From positions 558,001 to 622,000 of the forward strand of contig CDRNST010000013.1 of the NCBI GenBank assembly GCA_977016875.1: a stretch of DNA of 64,000 bases, given 5' to 3'. The DNA is from Pavona decussata. Lineage: Eukaryota. The position numbers and the translations under genes were made by a program. Numbering within the stretch: position 1 is the stretch's first letter; the number at the start of each line of letters is the position of its first letter. This document shows, piece after piece, positions 39,669-52,500 of this stretch. The notes beneath the pieces are model-generated. The model saw only the letters and a list, made by a program, of their open reading frames with translations, searched no databases and was not told the DNA's origin.

Positions 39669-40317
39669 CGCTACGTCCCAGTCTCGTCCAAGATGCATTC
39701 TTGCCATCATTGTGGGAGCATGGATCTTTTGACCTAAGTGATCGTGGGGACCATGCAAACACTGTTCCTAATATCTCCTCAAGAGAAATTAAATTAGGTT
39801 CGAGGTGACAGTGGAAGAGACTGAAAAATGGCGAGAGTAGGATTGCTGAGTATCCTGAAAGGTTTTATTACATTTCCCTGCTAGCTTCCTTAGAGGTGTT
39901 GCTGAACAATCGTATAATTTTGGACATGGTTGCAAAACCCAATGCCAGTGAACCAAATAGCAGTCTGTTATGTGACTTTGCCAATGGAACTCTAGTACAA
40001 ACCCATGAATTAATTTCAGTGGATCACCAGAGTTTGAAAATTGTGCTCTATTATGATGATGTGGAGATAACTAATGAGCAAACAAGACGAAAGCATAAAC
40101 TGTCTATGTTTTACTTCCAGTTGACAAATCTGTACAAAGGGCTCAGGTTTAAACTGAAATCAATCTACCTCTTGGCAATTGCAGAACATCGATATGTCAA
40201 AACACATGGCATAGATGCCATTTTAGCCCCATTTGTGGAAGAATTAAAAGACCTCGGCCGTGATACAGGAGTTTACTTCCATGTGCAAGGTGGAGTGGAA
40301 CGCCTAAGAGGTGCATT

Positions 40318-41721
40318 GTGTAGTTCCAGAAAATATCCATACCCCCACCATGGAGGGAATTTCACATAGGACCCCCCCACCCCCCAGGATTTTCCATTTT
40401 CGAGGTATTTTTTTAACCCTCCCACCCCTTCGGAAATTCCTCAAATACAGAATACACCCCCACCCCCCTCTGGAAAAGTTTTATTTCAAAAGAACGCCTC
40501 AAAAATCAGTTTGATGTGAACATTTTAGAAATATCAATAACTGCCCACATATGCGTTATCGAAGAGCGCGCGCGCTGTTCAATTTTACCGGTAGAGTTTG
40601 CCAAAAAGCTCTTGATACGATACTGAAATAATTGTTGTGTTTTATATTTACCTGTGGTCATTGACATCAAACTTTACCATTAGCTTCGCTGAAGATTTTA
40701 ATCTAAATTATTGGAATACGTCCGGCAATGCAAAAATGTGTTTTTATTTAATTTGCATATGCCATGTTTACGTTCCTATGCAAATTTGTAGGAGATCAAA
40801 ACTGAAAAGGATTATCGCTTTAGTTCTACTCAATCAATATTTCTCATGGTAATCATTCAGTCTATTTATTTTAGTCAATAGTTTTCCTATTGAATCGGAT
40901 TTAGCTTGGACAAAATAAGCATTAGCAGAGCAGGGCGACAAATTGACCTTTCAGATCGTAACTTGAAACCGCAGACGAAATGGAGCCGCAAAACGAAATT
41001 AGCATGTTCACATTCTTATGCAAATTTTGTATGAGATCAATAACGCATTAAAAGAATGTTGAATTGGCTCTATTTTGCTGAATTTTGGCATAGAAATTAA
41101 GTTAATAGTTTTGGACTTTGAGTTTAAATACTTTGGACAAAATAAGTTTTGACACGGGTCAGTTTTGGCAAACTGATTAATTGACCCCGGGAATTCACCT
41201 TTGCCCGTAACTTTATACAAAAATAACAAACAAACATTTCAATGTTTTATGTAAAATTGGGGCTTTCACTTTATAGCCATACAAAAGTTTCCCTTAATAA
41301 CATTGGTACAAATTCAATTGTAGCCAGTGAACAATATTTTCCTACGCAAGAAAGTTTCACAAACAACAGTTTTATAATAACTGAGTCACGCAACGCAGAC
41401 AAAGATTTCTTGTCTCACTTGGACTACTTCGCTTACAAAGGCTTATTGGAGAAAGGAAACATGTTTTTAACGTAACAAGGGTTTCTTTAAAACTGTTAAA
41501 CAAAGTTACGTCTTCAAGAAAGATCTACGAAGTTGCTAAGTTGGTAAGTTACAATTTTCAACAATTATGTCTGACACGAACGTGAAGTTGACCCTCTGGA
41601 AACTTATCCAACCATTCACCCCTCCTCCCCTCTGGAATTTCCTGGGCCATTGACCCCCCCACCCCTCTGGAATTTCCAATTCCCTCCATGGTGGGGGTAT
41701 GGATATTTTCTGGAACCACAC
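40318..41721. mobile_element. Non-autonomous TIR element (1404 bp) with 3-bp ATT TSD
   Basis: 44-bp TIRs gtgtagttccagaaaatatccatacccccaccatggagggaatt / aattccctccatggtgggggtatggatattttctggaaccacac. ATT at 40315-40317 and 41722-41724. Excision restores GALLAV of the EnSpm transposase. Confidence 0.92.
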
Positions 41722-43215
41722 ATTGTTAGCAGTTGTTGCCAATACTCCAGCAACCCAATTACTAGGCTCCTTTAAAGAGTCAGTTTGAGGTACAAAAAGG
41801 AAGTGCCGTCACTGCCAAACAGATTTTAATGAAATGCAGAACAAGTTTGAGGAAGATGACTTTGTTTTGCGTACTAAAGAGCTTCATGAGCACAAATATG
41901 GCTGTTCAGTCATGTGTTTGCCTTTTTTAGAGAACAATTTACTCATAACTGCCCAGATATGTGGAGGGTGCTCCCCACAATGTTAGAAATCACTGGAATT
42001 TGTCTTAACAGAAAAATCAGTGTAAATATAATAGGTTATCTTAAGGGACTCATAAAGGAAAACCTTCAGCTATTTAAAGATGTTTTTGGTGAAAATGAAA
42101 CACCAAAGCAACATTATCTTATTCATGTACCAAGTCAGATTCTAAAATTTGGACCATTAACCAGAGCATGGGCAATGAGATTTGAAGCCAAACACCAGCA
42201 GTTTAAAAAATTCCTCTTTTTCGAAGGGACTTGACAATGATTGGTGGTGAATCCACCTACTCAAGAATCCTTGATGCAAATGAAAGAGCTGCTGTGGAGG
42301 GTTACATTTCAAGGTTCTACCCGACCTTTAGAGAGCTGTCAGACGTTTCAATGTCCCAAGCAGCTTTTGTGACAGTCCATGGGACTTGTTATAAAAGTGA
42401 TGTTAACACAATTTTGTCAGCAGAAATGAAAGATGGAAATCCTCTGTTTGGCTCACTTTAGAAGATATGGTTTTGCAGCACGTATGTTTTCTTTGGCCTC
42501 AGTCTTTATGACATTGTTGAGTTTTCAAGTGATCTTAATAGCTATCAGATAAAGGATGAAGAACTACTTAGCGGCCTGTTTATTGTAGAAGTAGAGGACC
42601 TTTCGATTTCATCAGTAATGCATGTATACAGGCACAATGGAAACAAGTATATTTGTCCCAGGGAGGATCAGAATGCCTTCTTGTATAATTGACGTTGTTA
42701 AGAGGACTTTTTTTTCGAGTGATTTCATGAAACTCAATTTGAAATTTAAGTTTACTATTAATACATCATACTTTTTGTAGTTTAGATTCTGGCATATCGC
42801 AATGCTACTTACCAAGGCTCAGGAAGGCTCAGGTAGATGCTGACGGTTTTCAGATTTACTTCAAGGTAACATCTGTTGCTTTACGTAATATTGTACTTGA
42901 ATAAAATTTGATTTTGTCATGAAAATTTTGTCTCCAGAAAGTATTCTTAACATTTAAAAATGCTTGCAAAGAATATTTTGTTGAGCTAAAACAAATCAAG
43001 TCCCATGTACACGCTTAGATAAAACCAGTGGTATCTTCTGCAAGATTCTTACATTTTATTTAAGACACTATAGCGCCTGGTGGTAATATGTGTACATATT
43101 ACTGAAACTAGGAACTGTTTATTGTTTATAAGCTTTTGGCTACTCCTCCTGACTTAATGTAGACTGGGCATTGACAGCTGACTTAATCTTGTCAACTTTC
43201 TCCTGAATGTTTTTG

Positions 43216-43763
43216 CAGCAGTTACCAATAACACGCGACCTATCACCTTCAAAAGACTTTGATAAAGTTGCGTTTTGGTGGACGTCAATCAAAGAAAAGC
43301 TGTTGAAATTGTTTTCAATTCTGAGAACATTTCAAGGCAGCAGAACGAAGTTTTATATGCTGACGAATGGTAAACTTTATGAAAGTTGATTTCCAAGACA
43401 GGTTATCTAAAAAATACGCGTTGTTTAGACGAAGCCGTATTTTTTTAAGAAACATTTCAAATCGCTTCACCTGACAATTGAATCAGCGATGCGTGCAAGT
43501 GAGCAAATTATCACGTGCAGTGAAATCGAAATTTTTAATTAAAAGATACCTTTTATTTGCACTTGATCTGGCTGGACAATCAATTTAAATAAAGTTTACC
43601 TTCTCTAAGCGAGTTAAAACTCTTAGTTTCTTGCAGGGTTACCTTGGAATCTTGTCAGAATTCAAAATAATTTCAACGGCTTTTCTTTGGTTGACGTCCA
43701 CCAAAATGCAACTTTATCCAACTCTTTTGAATGCCGTAGGTCGCGTGTTATTGGTAACCGCTG
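43216..43763. mobile_element. MITE with about 115-bp TIRs (CAG...CTG, Tc1/mariner-like)
   Basis: cagcagttaccaataacacgcgaccta..ttttggtggacgtcaa / ttgacgtccaccaaaa..taggtcgcgtgttattggtaaccgctg. TA on the right flank, TG on the left. Confidence 0.8.
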
Positions 43764-43852
43764 TAACAAACAGGGTTGACTTGAAGTACTTGTGATCCTT
43801 TTCCTCAGGCATTTCTAACTTGGAAGATTTGTCACCGTCATCATCATCATCA

Positions 43853-46040
43853 CGGGTTCAAACCCCGGCTTGACCACCACTCAGGGTCTTTAAAATTAAT
43901 TGAGAAGAAAAGTACTGCCTTTGTAATGACATCTGCAAATGGTTAGACTTTCTAGTCTTCTTGGATAAGGATGATAAATCGTAGGTCCCGTCTCACAACC
44001 CCCCCTTTTTTTTTTTTTTTTTTATTTGCAAGAAAACACACAGTTACTAGACAGTAATAAATAATAAACTAGACAGTACTTACGCACTTACACTTTGTAC
44101 AATATTACAATTAGCTTACTCACTCGCTGGCCCGCTAACACACCATTCACAACACTCACTCACTCATCTCATGCACTCACTCACAAAAAATTCAAAGTCA
44201 CACCCGTACAAGTCATATATATATTAAATAGGTCTAAGTATTGTCCATTTCTTTTTAAATATGTCTAATGTATTATTTTTCGTACAAATAAATTTCTCTG
44301 TGTCATACTTTAACGATACTTTAAATTTGTAACCACCTATATTCGGAAGTTCGTTATTTCTTCTACACCCCCATAAATAAATTTTTCCTATAAGTAACAG
44401 GTAATTTAGTAAGGGGCATTCTGGTGTTAGAACACCGACTAAAATATCTCTCAACTCAAGATGTATTTGTTGTTTTGTCAGGGATAAGTAATATAATTCA
44501 AAGTCTTTCCAAAAAGTAATTGAGTAAGAACAATTATAAAAGAGATGCTGTATAGTTTCTGATTCCCGTTTGCAAAAAGAGCACAGATTGTCTGAAATAT
44601 AGCCGATTTTATGTAATTTTGAATTAGTGTAAAGTATAGAGTTTAATACCTTAAACTGAAAGGCCTGAACGTATGGCTCAAAAGCAACTGAATGGGGAAG
44701 ACAGAAAGCTTTTTTCAACGCCTCATCAGATAAATTAAATTCACACTTTAGTTTTTGCGCATGATTAGGGAAGCATGCCTTTTTACGGACAAAAAGGGAA
44801 TAGTAATCTTTAGATTTCTTTTTAGTTACATCGAAAAGACCACTGTCAGTTTTGAAGGATGGATTTAGGACTATGGGATCCGGTTTATAATTAGCATTTC
44901 TTAAATTGAGCGGTATGGAGTGGCGTAGACCAGTCCATTCCAGAAAATTCGTCTTCTCTATGTATTTTGCCTGTAATTCATAAGAGTCGATATTATTAAG
45001 ATCATAGCGTAAGTCGCCCACAGTTTGAATCCCATTACTGAAGTACCTTTTGTAGAAAACTGGTTTATTGTTTATTCGTATTTCTTGATTATTCCAAATA
45101 AAGTAATGCCAGTTAGTATCATTTGCATTGTCTTTGTAAAACTCAGACCACCATTTCAATAACTCTGCATAGAATTGAGAATTAATATTTAAGTCTTTAA
45201 TATTATAATCGCAATTAAAAAGAACCAGACCACCTGTTTCTTTTAGAAGATATTCTAAATAGCTTTTCCATACGCCTGAATTATCACCAAAGATTCTTTT
45301 CAGCCAAGAGAGGCGGAGAGATTTGATCATGCTTTCAATATCAACCATTTTGAGGCCACCTCCCTCATAATTATTTAATGCAGATACTCTAGTTACTTTG
45401 TCTTTACCTTTCCATAGGAAATTGTATATCAAATAGTCTAATTCTTTCACTATATGTTCAGGGGTAGGTAGCAAAGAAGATATGTAAACAACTTTCGGCA
45501 AGAGCAGAGTTTTGATAATAGTAACCTTCCCGTAAAGGGATAACCCCCTGGAGGACCAGATATTAATTAATTTTTTTATCTTGTCAAGCCTTTCTGAGAA
45601 GTTTTTTTGAAAGAGAAGTTTTTTATCATATGAAAAGAAGACTCCAAGGGCTTTTATTGGATTGCTCGGCCATTTGATTCCGAGCGGCTTTATTTCATTT
45701 CCTTTCAGCGATCCCAGCCACTTTCCCTCTGTCTTTGAGCTATTGACCTTTAAACCTGATATATTTTTAAAATTCTCTAGCAACTCTAGTCTCACAACCC
45801 CTGTTCATTATTACTTTGTGGGACGTTAAAGAACCCACGCGCTGTTCGCAAGAGTAGGGGACGTAGTTCTCGGTGTTGTGGTCTGGCCTTCTATCTTTCA
45901 CTATCATGTTTGGGTTGAGTGCGTGGGTGACTGGGTGAAATCTAATATATGGACCAATGCTGACGTCCGATCTCACCCCATAGAATTGTAAACCGCCATG
46001 AGACTTGGTGGTATGTGCGGTATATAAGAATTTCATTCAC
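43853..46040 (+). mobile_element. tRNA-derived SINE, 5'-truncated, split by an L1 insertion
   Basis: Pol III B-box GGTTCAAACC at 43855-43864. Body continues seamlessly across the L1 TSD (gtctcacaacccc) into gggacgttaaagaaccca...tatataagaa. Confidence 0.7.
44003..45788 (-). mobile_element. Young 5'-truncated L1/Tx1 LINE with an uninterrupted 520-codon ORF2 C-terminus
   Basis: 13-bp TSD gtctcacaacccc at 43990-44002 and 45789-45801. Poly-T 44006-44023. ORF 44224-45788 reads SGLKVNSSKTE..LSLYGKVTIIKTL..GGLKMVD..CSFC..ETIQHLFYNC with no stops. Confidence 0.95.
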
Positions 46041-46984
46041 CCATGGACAGTATCTGAAAGGATTTCTGCTAATCCAAAGTAGAAAGAAAAAATACATACA
46101 ATGGTAGAAGTTTTCTATTAGGAAATCCAGGTATATTAATATTATGTACATGTATTTAGAACATCATGTAAAGTCTCTTGTTCTAAGGGGAGGGGCTTTT
46201 AATCTGGGTGGCCTTATTATCAGAATATTGTTGTGTAAACACAGGGATTGGCCTATTACCTTTTTATAACCAAAACGAGTGGGGTTTTAAGTAAGAAGTG
46301 TTCTTAAAAGGGGAAGTATCATGGGGTTTTTGACCTTTTTTGTTAAAAATGGTGAAATAAGACCTTAACTTTGCTACAAAATAATTCTAGAACAACAAGA
46401 GGATAGAAATCAACTCAGTTCTTGAAAGGAACAACTCATGATCTGTTCTAGCGTATTTTGGAAACCAAAATGAGGGAACTTGAAAAACATTAGCCTAATA
46501 TTTTTCAAGTTTCAATCCATTCCGACCTACTCTATCTCTGGCTAGAGGCTCTAAAGGGGTGATAATTTATAACAAACCTAGACAATTATTTTTTGTTTCT
46601 GTTATCAGACAAACATTTTTGGGTTTTGAAATGACAGTAGATTTTCGTGATACTTCCCCTTTAACCAAGAGTTTATGGTATCATTGTTGTCTTGCAATAA
46701 CATGTACACAGATTTTTAATTACCCTTTCAATAGTTTTGCAAGCCATGTCTTCTGCCCTCCTCGGATGATCGATCTTTTCCTGGTTGATTCTTACAATCT
46801 TGTAGTGGTGATATATAGAATTAAATTAATTATTGGTTATTAGTTATATTAGTGAATGTCTAACCTACATTTTTAACTAATCCTTACGTATACAACAAGG
46901 TGTCGCACCTGATATTCTGAAAATATTTAAGGTTACACCAATTGACAAAGGAGGAGAGGTTACAGATCCTACCAATTTTCGCCC

Positions 46985-47430
46985 CACACTGTATCTCAAC
47001 GTTATCAACGTTTTCACAAATATTTGAAAAACTTATACACAAGCAACTTAACAACTACATTGAGAAGCAGAAAATCCTCTTTCAATTTCAATTTGGCTTT
47101 AGAAAAGGACATTCAACCGCCGAAGCTATAACTGAAATCACAAATACACTAAGAAAAGCCATTGATAATAATTTATACACTTGTGGTATTTTCCCAGACT
47201 TTTCAAAAGCCTCTTATACTTTAAACCATACGATCTTGCTGAGAAAACTGGAAGCCTATGGAATAAAGGGGACTCCTTTAAACTGGTTTCAAAAATATCT
47301 TACAAATAGGAAACAGTATGTTGAGTTGGATAGGGTTAAGTCTCCCAAGCAGACAATGTTATGTGGAATCCCACAAGGAATCACACTAGGACCTCGCCTA
47401 TTTTTGATATACATTAATGATTTGCCAAAT
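46985..47430 (+). mobile_element. CR1/L2-type LINE reverse transcriptase fragment
   Basis: SQIFEKLI..QFGFRKGHST..DFSKA..LLRKL..GIKG..WFQKYLTNRKQYV..GIPQGITLGPRLFLIYINDL. Confidence 0.9.
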
Positions 47431-47789
47431 ATGATATGTTGCTTCGTATTAACCAACACACTGGCCATAATTTTGTCCACGTGTGTGTGTTGTGCACATT
47501 GTTTGTGTATATTGTCAGTAAAAACAGCACGAAATGTGTAGTTTGCCAGAAAAGGTTTGCTACAATACATTAGGCTTATCAACTGTGTTAAACATGAATG
47601 TTTGAGTCCAAAATATATGTAGCAATTCGACATAACTGATCGCAAAACCTCGAGCGATCTTGCCTTCGGCCATCGCTCAAGACCCTTCAACTTTCATTCA
47701 TACATTTACTATTGTTTTTTTAAGCATTCATTGTTGCTTTAACTTATTGCAGCTTTTCGCTTACCTTTCTTTTATAGGCACAGACACGA

Positions 47790-48675
47790 GGAATTATTTG
47801 TGATTGTGGTAAGAAGTACAAGACTAGAGGAGGCTATGGAAGGCACAGGGCTACGAAGCATACAGAAAATGATGGGGAGATGGCCAAGTTCACAGCAAGC
47901 CTTCTGGCCGAAATAGTAAGCAGTGCTGTGCTGAAGGTTAAAGAGAGAAAGGAGTTCTAGTCTTAGGAGTGCAAGTCTTAGGAATGAGAAAACTTGCCTC
48001 ATATTTGAAATACAGGAAGGATCTCAAGAATTCTCTCTTCTCAAAACAATTTATGACTCACTTCAAAAGAAAGGAGATGCCGAAAAGTTTTATTCCAATT
48101 TCTACGGAAATGTTGCATTGAATGCCACCAAATACTTCAAAGGACTGACACAAAATGCAGCAACTTTGCTTGCAATGAAAGTGGTAGACAGTATATTGGT
48201 ACACTGCAAGCAACAGAAGCACTCTACTACAAGCAGTGAAACTCTGCCTCCACTGACAGACAAACAAAAGGCTGGTCTACAGTATGTTGCTGGATATGTT
48301 CTACAAAACCTCGGTAAGAAACATTATAGGGTAAATTCAGATGAAAGCCAACAAGCTATGGCCATCCTCAAGACTGGAAAACTGGAAAGTAGTGACTCAC
48401 AGAAGCAGAAGCTGGTATCAAGTTTGAACAGAGGGGGGCTTTGGTCAGTTACTTTACCAGAAAAAAAAGTTTTTTGAAGACTGAACATTATTTCAGACAA
48501 TCCACTTGGAAAACTGGTTTGCAAAAAATGGACTTTGTGGGTATAATTAAAAAATTGACTAGCGACGGTGACATATTGGCCAACTACCATCTCATTGTGG
48601 CTGATGCTGGATGCAAACCTGACAGTCACTATCACGCCAGGAATTAGGTTATATACCTCTGAAAGTAATGCAGGT
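47790..48675 (+). pseudogene. Uncharacterised ORF remnant convergent with the P-element transposase
   Basis: EKFYSNFYG..NATKYFKGL..AATLLAMKV..GLQYVAGYVLQNL..LVSSLNRGGLW, with frameshifts. Confidence 0.55.
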
Positions 48676-49552
48676 ATGAATTGATAGTTCTTAAATAAAA
48701 TATGTTTAATTATGATGCAGCAGATGTTTTTCACTCGCATGACGGAACATAAGAAATGCAATATTATCAGGGATCAAAATTAACTTTTTTATCAAGTTGC
48801 GAGCAGGTGACTAACTCAAAACTCTACCTAATTTATAGCAGGAAGTCACATTCTGGTTATCTAGCATGTTGAGTGAATGTGGCAAATGAGCATGTCCAGT
48901 GATAGCCTCAAAAGCTGACTATGCACGTAACACTAAGAAAGGCTGTAATTCCATATGAGCGTTAAAAATATGTGTAAATTTGCTTGAAATATTGAAAGGT
49001 ACAGTAAATAGCAACCGGTCTTGTAATACATGGTTCAATTTTAACTGTTACCATTCCCCCTCCCTGGCCAATCCCGGGACAAATCCAGTCCTTCTGGCCC
49101 GAGTGTGTGGATTCTTTTAATACTTTGCCGGTCATTGCTAATTGCCAATGCGGATAAGTTTATAACATAAACATAAAGGGCAATCAACATAACAAATCTC
49201 CGAAAAAAAAAAGCTTTTTTCCCCGAGGGTAAATGTAGTAATAAACATCTCCAAAGCCGCTGTGTGTTAGAAAAAATGTTCCTGGTTGGCTGCACTAAAT
49301 CATGTGACATGTAGCAAACTCCACTATCGATAAACAACACACCTCTTAGCCTGCAAACACAGACGTATTTCCAGCTTGGAGAGAAGCGGCAGCTGGAAGT
49401 AAGTCTGCATTTGCAGGTTACACACCTTGTCGTCAGGCTGTTAAATATCATTGATCGATAAACTTGGATGTTGGTCAAGTACATGCAGGGAATGAATTTG
49501 GAACAGTAAACATAAGAAATTAAAGAAAAATTTGCTCCTTTGAGGCCTTTGA

Positions 49553-52500
49553 AACGTTCTGTCAAGACATACTCCATACCCTCTTGTAGCGGGAACTTGC
49601 AAACCTCGATCACAAAATGCACAGTTAGCTGGAATCCTTCATATGTCTGCCACGATATGAACATTTTGCCCCTGGCGGTTCGGGTGAAATTTCCTGGTCT
49701 GCTGTCAGTACTCGCCTTCCACTTTCTTAGATATTCCAGAAACCCTGTCAACCACTGGAACCTACAGTAATAATTAAGAGAAATTTAATTATTATTCATT
49801 CAAATATATTTTCTTCATTTATGATTGGTTTTGCAAAAAATCTTCGCCAAAATGAGAACCCTTTTTTAAAAATACATTTTGTGTTTTTTTAGAGCTCTGG
49901 AAATATTTTGAGTTAATAATAATACAATTATTGAATTTGGCTTTCGTATGATATGAAGAATTATCAGATCTCAGAGGGTCTGCATAATTCTTCATATCAT
50001 TCTCAGCCTCATCTAATAATTGCTAATAATATTATCAATTTGACTTAATATAAAACATATTCTATTTAATATTTAATAATAAATTATTTTGCATTTGGAT
50101 TATTGAGTGCCAGTATACCCCTATTAATTTATTTTTAACAAAACATCTAGATTTTAGAAAGTGTTTTCTTGCCACCCTCCAACCCCCCCCCCCCCCCCCA
50201 CCCTCAAAGCACACTCCACCAAAAACATCTGTCAGGAATTTCTGCTCATGAAATGTGATCCAGCTTTGAATTACTTTTAACAATATTCACATACCTTTCA
50301 TCATCAGTAGATCTGTAGGGTGCAAGGAAGACAATGTAAGAAACTGTCTACCATCGCACAGAACTTTGAAGTTGCTGCTGCTTCCAGGGGACCAAATGAC
50401 TGAAGCACTGCTGCTACCGAGGGACTGAGAACTTGAGCTGCTAGATTCCCTTGTGTTACAGAATATGAGCTCAGATTGATATGGTCATATGTGAGCTTGG
50501 GTAGCAACTTTAAACCATTGTCAATGTCTTGATAAAATAGTTGACCAATGTGTTCCCACAAAATGAATAGTCCATTTTTCCATATGTATCTAGTGCAGGT
50601 GCTAGAGCCAGAGTGATACAAACAGTTCCGAGTAGTCTTGATCAGGTGGGGGGCATCAGACATGAAGTAAATGGAACTATGAGGCGCAAACAGGTTGATT
50701 GTCCGATAACACACATCTGTGCCTGAATCTCCATCCAGAGGCTTGTGTAATTTGTAAAACCCTCTGTTCGGGGAAGCAACATCAGAGGTAGTGGCAATTA
50801 CCCACAGATTGCAGCTGTGTTCAAGGATGCAGACTGCCTCCCAGAATATGGGCATCAACTGTGCAGCGGTTACACCATTTGTTGAAAAGTATGCCAAAGA
50901 AAATTTTAGCTCAGTACACACACCACGTATAAAGAATACCAAAGCATGCGTTGCAAGATCATCTGACTTATCCAAAACTGAACAGTTTAAGTCCAGATCA
51001 CCAAGATCAGTAAAGCCAATTAACTCTCCAGTAACCTTGTTGAAAACAAGGCTTTATTGTACTTTCATCTCGTCAAACAACAAGACAACATAGCGTTGAA
51101 CATCAAAATATGATTCAGTGAGAGACTTAAGCTCCTCTACAATTTCCTTTTTAAATCCCCTTTGAGGCCTGATAGCATTTCTGTAATCCTTGAGACGTCT
51201 TTGGCTTGGAAGTACCAACACCTTGCTATTACGCAGTTCCTCGTAGCATGAGGGCGACTTTGCCGCAAGCGACAGGCAAAAACGAATGATCATTGGATGG
51301 TACCGTACACCAGTAGAACTACTTGAAAATAACTTTTTCTGTTGCTCCCAGAACAGCTTCATGAATGGGGTAATTTCAGCATCATCAGCTGATTTGAGAA
51401 TCTTAGAAAAGTCATTGCTAAGTTCATGATCCACGCATCTACAGGCATCTCATTCAGCTTTCTTTCCAGCTCTGCGCATTGTAACTGCTGCCCCTGCAAA
51501 GTCAGCTTTATCCTTTCTGGGTCTGCCTTAGACACCAGTGCCTTAACATGGGCAGGTTTCAACTGTCGTCTCTCCTTTGCATTACTGGAACTTCTTGCAG
51601 ACACCAAGTATTCAGTACAAGCAACACACTCAGAGTCCTGTTCACAAAGGAGCAGGCAGCCCTTTGCCCTCCAAAATCCCTCGTGTGGGAACTGCTGACT
51701 GTCCTCATCTACCACCAAGTCTTGATTCAAAGGAATGACATGAGGGTAAAGTTTACTTGTCATTTCGGAAGCATTCACTCCACTACATAGTTTATATGCC
51801 TCCAACTTTTTCACGAGCACAGAGACAGTTACATTGTGCATCGTGCATGTCGTGATCCTCCACAAGAAATGATCCAAATACTTTCACAGTAAAACACAGA
51901 CTTTCATCGATGATTATGTCCAGCTCTGGCAATAGAAAATGTTCGACTTGTTTTCTGAGAACAAGTCTGTCAGCAAATAACTTGTGGTTCCAGTCATTAA
52001 TAGTTTTTAAGACTTTCACTCTTTGACACAATTCATTGAATATCTTGTACCAAACTCTACTCGACGAAGGTTGCTTGCAGTCTTTCACCACCGATCTGCC
52101 GGGTCTTGGCGTTGGCTTTGTCATTTCGTGACTCTTTTCCAGCATATTCAGCGTCGGTAGGGCACCAAATCGCGGTTTCTTCTTGGTCATTTTTTCAGAT
52201 TGAACTGTAAACAAAAAGAAAGAGGCAAAATTAAGACTCAAAAACCATTAAAATCAAGAGAACAACAGGCTTGTAGAAAGGCCAAACTGTAAACAGTGCG
52301 AAGTCAAAGTGTAAATAAAAGTGCAAATCTCACGAGTAATAAAAACAATACTCACAGATTTCAATATCTTTAGCTGCGAAATGCTTCTCACATGTGAACA
52401 CACGGTCTTTTTCTATCAACTCCCTGAAACTATGATCCAAATCCCTCGTCTTTTTATCTCCCCAAGCCATTCTTTCCTCCATGTTGAATGGGCTTCGTCC

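Larger units (their letters stand above)
32758..39688 (-). mobile_element. L1/Tx1-clade LINE with both ends retained (5' UTR, ORF1, ORF2 with internal RT deletion, poly-A)
   Basis: Exact 14-bp TSD caagatgcattctt at 32744-32757 and 39689-39702. ORF1 38723-39589. ORF2 starts MDLKVSTLNVRGLN at 38400, with APE motifs NIYAPN, RLDY, SDH and RT start KTPGSDGL, LIPK, RPISLLNTDYK. Confidence 0.92.
32003..42690 (+). pseudogene. EnSpm/CACTA-like transposase, spliced and degraded, split by nested insertions
   Basis: N-terminal C2H2 finger (CGLPDC..SLAKHVRSKH). MPELQDAF|LPSLWE is joined across the L1 TSD. Core LYYDDVEITN..KHKLSMFYFQLTNL..KLKSIYLLAI..ILAPFVEELK. GA|LLAVVANTPATQLLGSFKES..CRHC is joined across a MITE. 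C-terminal TPKQHYLIHVP..FGPL..WAMRFEAKH. Element TIRs not resolved. Confidence 0.85.

Noticed and set aside
43853-43870. tRNA gene suggested by B-box motifs here and at 59424-59436
   Set aside because: No A-box or cloverleaf. The context is SINE or interspersed repeat.
44224-45795. Longest ORF (523 aa) as a host gene
   Set aside because: It is the C-terminal part of L1 ORF2. The listed start lies in the TSD/flank, and the copy has a poly-A tail and TSD.
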